Virus record (IMG/VR): IMGVR_UViG_3300046819_000361
Strand: one strand, 5' to 3'
DNA length: 64,000 bases
Source of the DNA: a virus
Lineage: Duplodnaviria > Caudoviricetes
The position numbers and the translations under genes were made by a program. Shown piece after piece: positions 24,899 through 35,378 of the stretch. How positions within the stretch are numbered: position 1 is the stretch's first letter; the number at the start of each line of letters is the position of its first letter. The notes beneath the pieces are model-generated. The model searched no databases. It had not been told where the DNA came from and saw nothing but the letters and a program-made list of their open reading frames with translations.

Positions 24899-25897
24899 TT
24901 AGAACCATTTTTTTGCTCGTAGTTGTATTTTGAGCGCATTTGATTGTTTATATTTCATAATTAGCCAGATAGTAGCCAATCGACCTATTTTATTTACTGC
25001 ATCATTAACATCTTTTATGGGGTGATCCCAAGATGGATCATATGGCCATTCTGGTAGTGAGACTGACCATCCGTATTCGATTGCTTGTTTAACAGTTGTT
25101 GGACCTTCATGGTCTCTATCTGGGACTAATATAATTTCTTTCCCTAGTTGTCGTAGTAGCCAATCTTGGCTATCTTTAATATGTGCTCCGAGTATAGCGC
25201 AACCTTCTATACTGATAGCATCAATTGGGCCTTCTAAAACAATAACTGAATTTCTAGTATTGTGTTGTTTATCCAAATTGAATACATAACCTGGTTGTTG
25301 ATCTGACAGGTATTTTGGTTTAGCATCATTAATTGCTCTTGCAGTATGACCTACTATTTGGTTATTGTAATAGAATGGCATAATTAATCTATTAGAATAT
25401 CCTGGTTTTGGAGTCCAATGAAAGTCATAATCTTCCAGATATAGATTTCGTTCTGTCATATATTTCAATATTGGCATTAATTTTTCTGGTGGGTTATCCA
25501 GATAATCAATGATAGGTTTAGTATCTGGTGGTAGTGCCATTATATTGAAAGTTGGTATAATAGTACTAACAGTAGTATTAGATTGTTCATTCAGTAATCT
25601 TAACGCATCAATACTTAATTTATTAATAGTATCATCACTAATGCCCAACCATCTCATTAGAGATTTCATTTTAGGACTTAATTGTCTTCCTGGTTGCCAA
25701 CTTGCTTTGAATTGGCAGTTAAAGCAATGATACGTCACTACATCACCAGAATTGATAATAAATCCGCCACGTTGTCTTGTGTCAGGTGTGTGTCCGGTAT
25801 GGGGGCAACAAACTGCGTTAAACACCCACCAACCGCTGGGTGTTTTTTTTCTTTTTAATGGTAAGAAGTTTTGTATTGTTTCTGGTATTATTGACAT
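24899..25897 (-). CDS. DNA primase (T4 gp61-like)
   Basis: Zn finger (CC..H...HCFNC), EGPIDA and PDRD TOPRIM motifs, KDVND. Confidence 0.9.
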   Translation of the reverse strand: MSIIPETIQNFLPLKRKKTPSGWWVFNAVCCPHTGHTPDTRQRGGFIINSGDVVTYHCFNCQFKASWQPGRQLSPKMKSLMRWLGISDDTINKLSIDALRLLNEQSNTTVSTIIPTFNIMALPPDTKPIIDYLDNPPEKLMPILKYMTERNLYLEDYDFHWTPKPGYSNRLIMPFYYNNQIVGHTARAINDAKPKYLSDQQPGYVFNLDKQHNTRNSVIVLEGPIDAISIEGCAILGAHIKDSQDWLLRQLGKEIILVPDRDHEGPTTVKQAIEYGWSVSLPEWPYDPSWDHPIKDVNDAVNKIGRLATIWLIMKYKQSNALKIQLRAKKWF

Positions 25898-25903
25898 TGC
25901 TAC

Positions 25904-25932
25904 ATTATAGTCTATTGTAATGTCAATGTCAA
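25904..25932 (-). promoter_or_regulatory. consensus sigma70 promoter of primase (leaderless)
   Basis: TTGACA-17-TATAAT, with the -10 box 6 nt from the ATG. Confidence 0.75.
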
Positions 25933-25933
25933 G

Positions 25934-26779
25934 TTAGTTTACAACAATTTTTGTTATTTTTCCATATGCTGCTTGAATCTGATCTGTGTATGAAATCAGG
26001 TCGTTACGCAATACTTGGAGTTTAGGATTAGTCCAATATACACGAAAATGACAGAAATCCCCAACTGGAACGTTGCTAAATGTAATAGTATTAGACGTTG
26101 CAACTGTTGTTGTCCATGTTTGAAGAGTGGTTGCCTTTTTAAATGAATCGACTGAAATAGTTGATGCGGTAGTGCCTTCTAAATATATGGTACCGATAAA
26201 GTTATCACATTTAATACTAAACGATAAGGTGGTTGTTGGGATTGCTTCATAAAATCTAGCTGGAATTGCGCTACTATGATGGGTGGGATTTCCAAGGTAA
26301 TCCAACTCAGCAGTAAATGTATTAAAGACACGAGAAGGTTTAGTTGTTGGTATAGCCGATGCCACTAATTCTAGAATTCCCACGGCAGAAAAATGACCAT
26401 CTGTATATAATGGCATGATTAATCCATCCTTTTCTGCAACTACTGTGTATTTGAAGAATTGTGGTGTGAAGTCTACCAAGTCATCTGATGGTATTATTAC
26501 TGTTGATATTCCTTTTATATCACTTATTTCTACGTCATATGGGCTATTAGGCAGAGCGTTACCTGCTGCATCCATTACATTAAGTTGGATTGAATCGAAT
26601 GTTGTTAGATCGATCCGTTTCTGATCAGCATTTTTTATATCGAATTCCAAAGTGTTATCGATACCGTTATATATTTTTACATTTCTTTGATACACGTTAG
26701 TATACTCCACGGTAAAACCTGCCAGATCAGCCAGTAATTGAATTCTATTTGGGTATGAATATGTTATTATTTTTTGCAT
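25934..26779 (-). CDS. putative virion structural protein
   Basis: Beta-rich 281 aa; GATAAATA late motif upstream (~26803-26810). Confidence 0.55.
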   Translation of the reverse strand: MQKIITYSYPNRIQLLADLAGFTVEYTNVYQRNVKIYNGIDNTLEFDIKNADQKRIDLTTFDSIQLNVMDAAGNALPNSPYDVEISDIKGISTVIIPSDDLVDFTPQFFKYTVVAEKDGLIMPLYTDGHFSAVGILELVASAIPTTKPSRVFNTFTAELDYLGNPTHHSSAIPARFYEAIPTTTLSFSIKCDNFIGTIYLEGTTASTISVDSFKKATTLQTWTTTVATSNTITFSNVPVGDFCHFRVYWTNPKLQVLRNDLISYTDQIQAAYGKITKIVVN

Positions 26780-26820
26780 CTGGCAAATCCTGTTAATTAA
26801 AGTATTTATCGAAAATCGAT

Positions 26821-27210
26821 ATGATAAATATGCACATGACTACATTAAGAAATAACATGAAAAACAATCTGCCATTCATCAGTGTATTGACCTATGGCGG
26901 GAATGAATATGTTGGTATTATCATCAACCAGGATCAGAATGTGACTAGTTTTTATGATTTGAATTCAATAAAAACGGAATCTGAGCGTGAGCAATTTTTA
27001 GAGATTGGTGAGGTTTGGTGGTGGGAATCGAATCGTCAATTCCCTATTTCAATATTTTGCAAGGATCAATTGGTTCCATTCCAATATATAATTAAAACGT
27101 TTAATAGTAAAGACACTCGCGTAATATTAGGTCCGGTAGTTAATTTAATGGACTTAACAGTTAAGCGAGTGAAACGTAAATCGATTACATTAGTTCGTAC
27201 TACTAGATAA
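26821..27210 (+). CDS. hypothetical protein
   Basis: EYVGII.N.D....SFYD, WWWESNR..PI.IF; true start may be 26836 or 26857. Confidence 0.7.
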   Translation: MINMHMTTLRNNMKNNLPFISVLTYGGNEYVGIIINQDQNVTSFYDLNSIKTESEREQFLEIGEVWWWESNRQFPISIFCKDQLVPFQYIIKTFNSKDTRVILGPVVNLMDLTVKRVKRKSITLVRTTR

Positions 27211-27765
27211 TTGTTCCACTAGTAAATTCATCTGTACTATGACAACCATGGCATAGCTAATAGCATGAGCATGTTTGAAGTAGTACCCGCCATTAGTGGG
27301 TTTTACCCAAACCTCGTTCATAATCGTCGTCCAATCTTTCCCAATCAGATAGCGTTTCGCTGGCCGTATCATAGCTAGGACGGCAGCTAATTGCTCCACT
27401 GAAGTCGGCAAGGTCTGTTTCAGAATATCGCCGTGCCCGTTCAAATGAAATAGTAGATTTACAAATTCTTCGTTTAGTAAAAGATCCCATATAGGTTCCG
27501 CCTCCATTAGTGATAATAGATGATTGTTGTCTTTGACACCATCATAAACATTGACATTAAGAAAGTCAATTTTAAAATAACCACGATCTTCTGCACTTTT
27601 ATAATCTATTGTTGATAGATTAGTTAATGGATTATACGGGATGTTTTGAACGTAAATCCCCGTATTATGTGCAACCATACCAGTATCTGTGTGTCTACCT
27701 GCCACAATATGTTTCAGGTGTTTAAGCGCATCTTGGCGATTGAGAAAATCAATATCAATATCCAT
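27190..27765 (-). CDS. truncated DNA polymerase III alpha (DnaE)-like protein
   Basis: DIDIDF, HNTGIY, GYFKIDFL, LAMIRP, YYFKHAHAISYA motifs in only 191 aa. Confidence 0.8.
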   Translation of the reverse strand: MDIDIDFLNRQDALKHLKHIVAGRHTDTGMVAHNTGIYVQNIPYNPLTNLSTIDYKSAEDRGYFKIDFLNVNVYDGVKDNNHLLSLMEAEPIWDLLLNEEFVNLLFHLNGHGDILKQTLPTSVEQLAAVLAMIRPAKRYLIGKDWTTIMNEVWVKPTNGGYYFKHAHAISYAMVVIVQMNLLVEQLSSSTN

Positions 27766-27935
27766 TAATGAATCACCGTTGATTGGAATAACATCAATGG
27801 TAGATACTCTGATAAAAATATCGCATAATTATCAGCTTGATCAAGATCGTTGAATCCAGAAAATTTAACATATACTGAATTATCTTCTTCTGATACGATA
27901 ACATCTACATCAAGCGGTGTGTCATTTTCATTCAT
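27765..27935 (-). CDS. small hypothetical protein (not in ORF track)
   Basis: 56 aa filling the gap, with overlapping start/stop codons at both ends. Confidence 0.6.
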   Translation of the reverse strand: MNENDTPLDVDVIVSEEDNSVYVKFSGFNDLDQADNYAIFLSEYLPLMLFQSTVIH

Positions 27936-28618
27936 AAATTCGACTCTTTGACTAATTGTTTAACAAGTTCGGTGTCTGATTTCAGACGATTAAATTTTGA
28001 AAACCAAAATTGAGGATCAATCATTGGGCTTATTGCGTTTAACTGATCATCTGACAATTTTTTAAGTAAATCTTTCCCTGTGGGAGAATTCAATATCAAC
28101 CATGGACTAATTTTACCATCTTTAATATCAAATGTTGCCCGTGAAAGACTAACATATAAAAAATAATGTTCCCATTTAGAATTATTATTATCAGCCCATT
28201 CTATCATATGTGCGATGCTTCTTTCAAGTGCGGTTTCCGCATGTTCTGTGCGAATAAGTTCAACTACATATTTGTCATATAGTTGGTCACTACACCAATG
28301 ATCTAGTTTTACACCACTATTTATAACATATTCAATGAAGTGGTATGGATATAATGGATTTACATTACTAACAAAACTTCCAAATTTTACGAATGCATTA
28401 TAGTATGGGCTTTTGCAAAAATCCTCATATGATTTAGGTTGCTTCACATTCTGTGACATTTGGAAGAACTTGTTATAAGCATTATATCCAATCACAACGT
28501 GTTTATCATTACGTGCAATAGCACGACGTTTTGGTTCACAAACGTGGGTGAACAACGTGCTTTCCCTAGAATACCCATGATTGCAATATTGGCAGATGTA
28601 TGGTTTTAATTCACTCAT
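27932..28618 (-). CDS. hypothetical protein with N-terminal Zn finger
   Basis: CQYC...HVC. Confidence 0.7.
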   Translation of the reverse strand: MSELKPYICQYCNHGYSRESTLFTHVCEPKRRAIARNDKHVVIGYNAYNKFFQMSQNVKQPKSYEDFCKSPYYNAFVKFGSFVSNVNPLYPYHFIEYVINSGVKLDHWCSDQLYDKYVVELIRTEHAETALERSIAHMIEWADNNNSKWEHYFLYVSLSRATFDIKDGKISPWLILNSPTGKDLLKKLSDDQLNAISPMIDPQFWFSKFNRLKSDTELVKQLVKESNL

Positions 28619-29097
28619 TTTAACAATTTTTTAATGTCGTTATCGGTATATCCATGACTGATCGCTAATTCTTTAAAGTCGTTATCAGTCATAATATCGG
28701 CTAGCATATAGACTTCATCGAGTTTCATACTAGGATATAATTCTTCTAAAAATTTCAATTTACTATTTGATGATTTTGTGTCTTTTTTCTTCAATCCAAT
28801 CCATTCATGGTACATAACTGTATTCCCATCAAGACTACACATGCATATTAGTAACCATAGCAATTTAGGATGTTTACTCAGAACATGCCAATTTTTATTG
28901 AAATATTCATTTACAGTAAGAACAAAATGTTCTTTGGTTTCTCTATTTCCACGTTGCACGTTACTAATGTATCGGTTAAGTCGAAATAAATCACCTTGAA
29001 TCACCTTTTGTTGATCTTCTCCTGCAACATCCCATAATTCACGTGTGTTAGTATCAACTGCTGCTAATATCTCTGATAGTTGTAATCTTTCGGTCAT
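28615..29097 (-). CDS. possible clamp-loader small subunit (gp62-like)
   Basis: F.LNRYIS, VNE, H.WI..KK pattern; replication cluster context. Confidence 0.4.
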   Translation of the reverse strand: MTERLQLSEILAAVDTNTRELWDVAGEDQQKVIQGDLFRLNRYISNVQRGNRETKEHFVLTVNEYFNKNWHVLSKHPKLLWLLICMCSLDGNTVMYHEWIGLKKKDTKSSNSKLKFLEELYPSMKLDEVYMLADIMTDNDFKELAISHGYTDNDIKKLLK

Positions 29098-29128
29098 CGG
29101 TTTATTGTACCATGAATGTTTGTTTTTG

Positions 29129-29656
29129 TTATAAAAGTTTATCTAAATGAATCATTTCACTTTGTCTCGATATTTCTTTGACAAAGTACGCACATTCTGG
29201 TGCATCCCCATCAGCCAATGGCATTGCCAATAATTGGCCGTTTTTCATTTTTGGAAAATACCATTTAATATCATTGTAAAAATTAACTATTTCAATTGGC
29301 TTGAATTCCAATCGATGTGAACTCAGTGGATTGAATACTAATGCTTCAAATCCCCTATCATTTAAACTAGTTAACGGTATTATTTCAATATTAGTTGCAC
29401 TAGTACTGTCACCCACTGCAATGTGCCAATCAAGTGGCATGGTGATTTCTTGATCCCCAATTCTTAACACCATTGCTGGCGCATTGAATGATTCCAAAAA
29501 AATTAATGGCACGAAAAAGAAATCTGGATTCAATGGTGCACTGTTATCTAAAACAGCAAATCTGGTATCATCATCAACTGTGTCAGGTAAATTATTCAAT
29601 GAGACCGCTTTATTATCTAATGTTAATATATTCATTATTATCCTTATTTCTGCCAA
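29129..29656 (-). CDS. hypothetical protein
   Basis: ORF coupled to the helicase gene. Confidence 0.7.
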   Translation of the reverse strand: MAEIRIIMNILTLDNKAVSLNNLPDTVDDDTRFAVLDNSAPLNPDFFFVPLIFLESFNAPAMVLRIGDQEITMPLDWHIAVGDSTSATNIEIIPLTSLNDRGFEALVFNPLSSHRLEFKPIEIVNFYNDIKWYFPKMKNGQLLAMPLADGDAPECAYFVKEISRQSEMIHLDKLL

Positions 29657-32229
29657 TCAACTTTTTCTATCGTAAATGGATATTGAGCTTCTCGGTAAAA
29701 TTTCTTTCTCTCCGTAAGGTGACGCTTCGCAAACTTACAGGTGGAGGTAATATCCCAGATTTGGACGAAGTCTTTGTCTTTGGCTTTTCTAACTCCACGC
29801 CCAATCGATTGTATAACTCTTGTAAAGCTTTTACCGGGCTCAAGAAGAACCAAATTAAATACACGGGGAATATTAAGACCAACAGCAGCAACACCATAAG
29901 TGGCGACAATAATCTTGTTATCACTTGTTCTAATTTCATCATATTCATCTTTTCTGTCTTTTGATTTTACCTTACCTGATATGAATACCGAATCAGGTAT
30001 TTTATTTACAATGAAATTGCCAGTATCGATTCGATTAACTAATACCAACGTATTACCCGTTTCAGCTATTGAACTTATCATATTACTAATAAAAGTCATT
30101 CTTTTTGAATCAGTTACCAAATAGGTTAATTCTTCTGAATACGATTGGAAAGCTGCTAGATCATACAGTTGTGTTATATTAACATGACACCCAGATAATA
30201 CACCCATTTCTTGTAATTCATGCGCCTTAATACCACCGACCACTGGTCCAATACTAGCAAAAATACTTTCAAACTCATGTGATTCTTTTGGCACTGTACC
30301 AGTAAGTCCCCATCTAATTGGTGCATTACAAAGATTTTGAGTAAGTAGATTTTTCAAAACTTCTGCTTTTGCCATATGTACTTCATCAACAATTACGGCT
30401 TTTACATCGTCTAAAAATTCTGCTAATGTAATAATATCATGCTGATTGTTTTTACTTTTCTTATCAAGAATATTAAGACTTTGCCATGTACATATAGTGT
30501 GAGTTTTGTACAAATCTTTTCTGTCACCATAATATACACCGACATCTAGTCCACAATTGATGAAATCTTCTTCGGTTTGTTCTACCAGTGATTTATTTGG
30601 GACAATAATAATAGTTCTACCATATTGCTCACATAACTGTGATAATGTTGCAGTAGTAATAGTGTTGTGTGTTACAATATAATCATCTGTAATATATAAA
30701 TGATCTGGACTATCGATTAAAATACATTTAACACATTCAGTAGATACCTGTTTGATATCAGTTACATTAAGCTTCAATGTATTGCCATATTGATATTTAA
30801 AATTAGTAGCATTAACTTTCCGAGTCAATGAAGCAAGAATCCAAGGTTTCGGAAATTTAGTCGTAACAAGATAGGCATCTTTACATGATTTACGAGTTCC
30901 ATTATACATATATGTTCTATTAGTTTTATGTTTTATTTTAGCAATACCACCAACACTACGAATAAGTTGTTGAAATCCTTTAGCTAATTCTAAACTAGTA
31001 CTAGTGAAAGTAACACTAGATTTATCAATGGTTCCGTCACTATCAACCAATCCTCTTATTAATTCAAATCTCTGTTCTAAACTTGCAGTGAAATAAATTT
31101 CAGGTATAAATTTAGAATGACTATATGTTTCCATCAAATTTAGTTCTTTTAAAATGTGTACATATTTGTGAAATGAACTGTTAACATCAGTAATATTGTC
31201 ATTCGAATTTCTATCTTTGTTTTTCAGGTAGTTGGATTTACTATCTTGCAAAATTTCATTGGTTGCAAATGTGATATTATAATCATACCTGGATATATGG
31301 TTAACCTTGTAATTAACATCCAATTTCGATGAAACCTTATCAATTAACTCTTGATCTGCAGAAGTAAATGAAACTTTGTTATTTCTAAAACTACCATCAC
31401 CCAATAAAAACCCAAGCAACCACGGATCCATTGGTAACACAATATCAACATTATCATCTTCCATTGTAACTAATGGAACACCGATGTTACGTTTAGTAGA
31501 TGATTTTAATTTGATTAATTCATTAGTTGAAATATTTCGATATGGACCCGTACTTGATCTTTTCCAATCAATATTATATATTCTCCAAATATGATCACCA
31601 CATGATCTAGTAGATCTTCCATCACTAAATGTTAATTCATATACATCCTTAATGCCAGGTTCATATGTATCTAGTATCTTTGCTGGTTTACCGGTCGGTG
31701 TTATGACATAGTCACCAACTTGTAACTCCCCCATAGTTTTCCAACCGAAATTTGTCAATACCTTACTAGAATAGGGCTGACATTTACCAGCACCTGTTGC
31801 GATTTCTTGCAAACTCTGTGGATTTTCCAAAAATCGATTAATTGCATCGACTTGGTAGTCTCGTAACATGATCGGTGTACCTTCAGCTGGGTGTCCAGGT
31901 GGCCATACTTTACCTTGATCTGCCCAATATGTTTCCGTAACCTTATTAAAATGCAAGTTAATCGAGTTGCGTCGATCATCGACTTCTTCAATGTCAATTC
32001 CCATCCCTTCGAGAATTGTTAATATTTTTTCTAATTGGCTTAAATAGCCATTCCCACCAATTCCGAATAGACTTACCATCCCATCCCATCTACCCAACTT
32101 GAATGATGGGTGATATTTAGCATATGGTATTTCATATTTGAAAGTAGCTGCGAGTTTTTTCCTTGCATCAAGCGGAAGGTTTTCTAGTTTTATATTAACC
32201 TCATCCTTAATGACTAATCGTACTGCCAT
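29644..32229 (-). CDS. uvsW: SF2 DNA helicase (UvsW-like) with intein
   Basis: LRDYQ Q-motif, ATGAGK|T, VDEVH, GLTGT, QSIGRGVR. Confidence 0.88.
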   Translation of the reverse strand: MAVRLVIKDEVNIKLENLPLDARKKLAATFKYEIPYAKYHPSFKLGRWDGMVSLFGIGGNGYLSQLEKILTILEGMGIDIEEVDDRRNSINLHFNKVTETYWADQGKVWPPGHPAEGTPIMLRDYQVDAINRFLENPQSLQEIATGAGKCQPYSSKVLTNFGWKTMGELQVGDYVITPTGKPAKILDTYEPGIKDVYELTFSDGRSTRSCGDHIWRIYNIDWKRSSTGPYRNISTNELIKLKSSTKRNIGVPLVTMEDDNVDIVLPMDPWLLGFLLGDGSFRNNKVSFTSADQELIDKVSSKLDVNYKVNHISRYDYNITFATNEILQDSKSNYLKNKDRNSNDNITDVNSSFHKYVHILKELNLMETYSHSKFIPEIYFTASLEQRFELIRGLVDSDGTIDKSSVTFTSTSLELAKGFQQLIRSVGGIAKIKHKTNRTYMYNGTRKSCKDAYLVTTKFPKPWILASLTRKVNATNFKYQYGNTLKLNVTDIKQVSTECVKCILIDSPDHLYITDDYIVTHNTITTATLSQLCEQYGRTIIIVPNKSLVEQTEEDFINCGLDVGVYYGDRKDLYKTHTICTWQSLNILDKKSKNNQHDIITLAEFLDDVKAVIVDEVHMAKAEVLKNLLTQNLCNAPIRWGLTGTVPKESHEFESIFASIGPVVGGIKAHELQEMGVLSGCHVNITQLYDLAAFQSYSEELTYLVTDSKRMTFISNMISSIAETGNTLVLVNRIDTGNFIVNKIPDSVFISGKVKSKDRKDEYDEIRTSDNKIIVATYGVAAVGLNIPRVFNLVLLEPGKSFTRVIQSIGRGVRKAKDKDFVQIWDITSTCKFAKRHLTERKKFYREAQYPFTIEKVDWQK
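30664..31782 (-). mobile_element. intein (373 aa) with LAGLIDADG endonuclease in helicase Walker A
   Basis: GAGK|CQPYSSKV...LGFLLGDG...RGLVDSDG...VTHN|T. Confidence 0.92.
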
Positions 32230-32274
32230 ACACGTTCCTTGTGTTTTATTGTTTTCATCCGTGAAAACAAATGT

Positions 32275-33438
32275 TTAAATAAATCGTTGTCTAATGATTG
32301 GTTCATCATTAGTATAAATTATTGATAAATCACACCTGGATGAATACACCGCTGTTTTCCCACTAATAACATTAGTGTTTAACGCAATAATCGCATCAGG
32401 CTTCCATTCACTCGTTAATAAGAATTTTGGTGGTTTATTGTAATCAATCCCCGCTATTACTGAATCGATGGTTAATTTAGCATTGTATTTCTTTTCTGCA
32501 ATCATCGTATTAAAGTTTTTCGATGCATTATTACTCAATCTAAAATATATTCCAATATTATCAGTTATACCACTATTATCCAATGCATTAGCGACTGTAA
32601 GTAGGTCTTTTTCTACCAAAGATGTATTCCGGCTGTCAAAAGTGAACAATATTTTAGTTCGTTTCAATTTGTGAAGTGCAATAATCAAATCATCGATTGA
32701 ATATTTGGTATTATCAATCCACTTGCGATGCGTTTCTCTTGAAGCAATAATAGAGGCTAAATCAGTCCCATGATGATTATTCGGCATGGTATATTGATAC
32801 TTAATACGCCTATCATAAATTATCAGATCTCTATTTGGGTCATCACCAATTTCTTCCAACATTTCAATAATATATGGTTTATCTTTTACATTTTCAAATG
32901 TAAATGTATTAGCATATCTATCTTTATTCCATGATTTAATTATTGACAAGTATTTTAAGAATTCATCACAAAATGAAAAATGTTTGGTTGTAAATGTATC
33001 ATGCAATAATTTAATGTTATATTCAGTCAATTCCAACTCATACAGATTACCAATTCTAATATGTGCAAGATCAGTCAATGACATTAATGTCATAATTACA
33101 GATTTGTAATCGTATAAGTATGTAAACTCAATTCTAATAACTTTTTTAGTGGTTTCTGGTTTTTGGAAAATGTAGATTCTTTTCAGATTTTCAACTGCCC
33201 TAAATTCCTGTGACCATCTTGGATTTTTCATTGCCGATTCAAACGCATATTCATAATTTATAAGTATATCATAATGCTCTTGAAACAATCGCATAATAAC
33301 TTTTGATTGCCCTTCAGTAACAAATCCACTATGTATTATTTCTGCCATGTTTTGGATAAATTTGCGATCTTTATATGGAATTGCATCATCTGGCAATGAT
33401 TGATGGAGACGAGTTAATAGGTTATCTATTGAAATCAT
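32275..33438 (-). CDS. hypothetical protein
   Basis: 387-aa ORF. Confidence 0.75.
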   Translation of the reverse strand: MISIDNLLTRLHQSLPDDAIPYKDRKFIQNMAEIIHSGFVTEGQSKVIMRLFQEHYDILINYEYAFESAMKNPRWSQEFRAVENLKRIYIFQKPETTKKVIRIEFTYLYDYKSVIMTLMSLTDLAHIRIGNLYELELTEYNIKLLHDTFTTKHFSFCDEFLKYLSIIKSWNKDRYANTFTFENVKDKPYIIEMLEEIGDDPNRDLIIYDRRIKYQYTMPNNHHGTDLASIIASRETHRKWIDNTKYSIDDLIIALHKLKRTKILFTFDSRNTSLVEKDLLTVANALDNSGITDNIGIYFRLSNNASKNFNTMIAEKKYNAKLTIDSVIAGIDYNKPPKFLLTSEWKPDAIIALNTNVISGKTAVYSSRCDLSIIYTNDEPIIRQRFI

Positions 33439-33456
33439 AATATATACTAAAATTAT

Positions 33457-33482
33457 AAAAACAACGGGCTTTCACCCGTTGT
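33457..33482 (-). terminator. intrinsic terminator after uvsY
   Basis: ACAACGGG-tgaaag-CCCGTTGT then TTTT on - strand. Confidence 0.75.
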
Positions 33483-33485
33483 GTG

Positions 33486-33941
33486 TTAAATGGTGGCGTC
33501 TTCCATACCGGCTATTCGTAATTTTACGATATTAGTAAGTTGCCATTGTTTTTGTTCTAATGATTTGGTTATCCCTAACCATTTGTTTCTCAACAACGCA
33601 AATTCATTTATTATCTTTTCAAAGTCTACCACATCTGGTTGACCATCAACAAATTTTTCACATTCCCGAGTAGTCAATGCTCGATTGTAATGCTCTAGAA
33701 ATTTCCGAAAAGTTGAGCTCCGCAATTGTCGGAGCTCAATGTTAAGATATTCCAAAATAGCTTCAATTTCTTGAAGCTGTGTGTAGCGTTGTTCAACTAT
33801 CCCTGGCATACTTGCCGCTGCTTTTTCAATATTACCAGAAATTTTGCATTCTTGTCTAGCAGTTATTAATTCATTTTCAAAAAATGCAATACAACTGTGA
33901 AGTTTTGTAATATCTTTTGTTACAGTAGAATACCAGCTCAT
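33486..33941 (-). CDS. uvsY: recombination mediator UvsY-like
   Basis: Helical 151 aa downstream of uvsX; Y.RALT.RE.EKFVDG, K.LEQKQWQL.NIVKLR.AG. Confidence 0.75.
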   Translation of the reverse strand: MSWYSTVTKDITKLHSCIAFFENELITARQECKISGNIEKAAASMPGIVEQRYTQLQEIEAILEYLNIELRQLRSSTFRKFLEHYNRALTTRECEKFVDGQPDVVDFEKIINEFALLRNKWLGITKSLEQKQWQLTNIVKLRIAGMEDATI

Positions 33942-34183
33942 TAAAAATCGAGCTCTTTGTAATCATCGTCATCATCTTCTTCATCATTATCTTCATCAAG
34001 ATAATAGGTGATTGCATGATCCAATACGCCATCCACTCCGATCACATTTTGAAGAACTCTATCACGAACTCCATAATCGGCTAATAATTCAATATATCGT
34101 TCTGCCACAATATCGATTTGTTTTTTATCTAGGTAGTCAGCAAACAACATCCATACTTCACCAATTTGTGCTTCATTCAACAT
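33941..34183 (-). CDS. hypothetical acidic protein
   Basis: GGAGA RBS, 80 aa. Confidence 0.7.
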   Translation of the reverse strand: MLNEAQIGEVWMLFADYLDKKQIDIVAERYIELLADYGVRDRVLQNVIGVDGVLDHAITYYLDEDNDEEDDDDDYKELDF

Positions 34184-34188
34184 TTATT

Positions 34189-35319
34189 TTATTCTCCATC
34201 TGTTACATTGGTATTGATTATAATTTCACCAGTGTCATAATCAATGATTTCATTTTCGTTAATATTGTCTAGTTCTGAATCTGCTTCAAATTTGACAGTT
34301 GGTCTTGTGGAAAAATCAAGCATCAACATATCTAAACAGCCATTTGTATTTTTTTCCCATTCTTTACGGAATTGTTTAATAGAGGTACCATCCAGAAAAT
34401 CGTATCTCAAACTATTACCATCTTTAACTAATAATTTTTTGTTATCAAACATACTAACTAATCCACTATATGGGCTCATACCAGTAGTATAAGGTATCCT
34501 AACTTCTAATGTTTCAAATGGTTTAGCATATCTAGTCTTCATGATTTTACATGCTGCTCTAATACCATTTACTGTAGAGGTTTTGACACCATCTTCATCT
34601 TCTTTTAATTTCAATTTACGCATCGCTACTACAATTGAACTAGCATAAATGAAACCTTGTCCACCAGAAATTTTATCGTCCGGGTCAAACATATCTTGAC
34701 TAGCATAGCTATGATTAGTAGCGACTAATCCAACATTTTGTGCACCAAACATATTCACACAGTTTCTAACCAATGCAGTTAATGCTTTTGGTTTTCTACC
34801 CATATCACCTTTTAAATTACCTGCTTCAAATTGATCTACATCAGTCGGTGTAAGTAACATACCCAATGAGTCGATCACAAATAATACCTTTGGTTTATCG
34901 TCAGTAGATAATTCCTTGTAGCCTTTCATGAATTCACTAATAGTTTTAGCTACATCATCGATCATGGCCATATTTAATTTCAGTAATTTATCTTCCGATG
35001 TATCAACACCCAAGGCTTTTAACCAATTTTCATCTAGTGCATTTTCACTATCGATTAATACAACAAAGATATTTTGGTCCTGTGCATTTTTGACAATATT
35101 ACCGGAACAAATATAAGATTTACCCGCACCTGATTCACCAGCAAATACTGTCACTTTTCCAAGTGGAATACCTCGGTTGAAATCTGAACTAATAAGATAA
35201 TTAAGTGCATAATTTCCGGTTGAAACCCAATCTGTCGGATCATTAAATCCGATTCCTAACCCATCAATGCTTTTGGTTAGGGTTTTTCTAAATTTTGTTA
35301 AGTCGAACGCTTTGTTCAT
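34189..35319 (-). CDS. uvsX: RecA/UvsX recombinase
   Basis: GESGAGKS, IDSENA, VIDSLG, SGG.GF.YASS; start at MNKAFD after GGGAGA. Confidence 0.92.
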   Translation of the reverse strand: MNKAFDLTKFRKTLTKSIDGLGIGFNDPTDWVSTGNYALNYLISSDFNRGIPLGKVTVFAGESGAGKSYICSGNIVKNAQDQNIFVVLIDSENALDENWLKALGVDTSEDKLLKLNMAMIDDVAKTISEFMKGYKELSTDDKPKVLFVIDSLGMLLTPTDVDQFEAGNLKGDMGRKPKALTALVRNCVNMFGAQNVGLVATNHSYASQDMFDPDDKISGGQGFIYASSIVVAMRKLKLKEDEDGVKTSTVNGIRAACKIMKTRYAKPFETLEVRIPYTTGMSPYSGLVSMFDNKKLLVKDGNSLRYDFLDGTSIKQFRKEWEKNTNGCLDMLMLDFSTRPTVKFEADSELDNINENEIIDYDTGEIIINTNVTDGE

Positions 35320-35378
35320 AGAATCTCCCTTGAAAAGAAGTGAGGGGATCCATCCCCTCACTTGATACAACCTACGTG

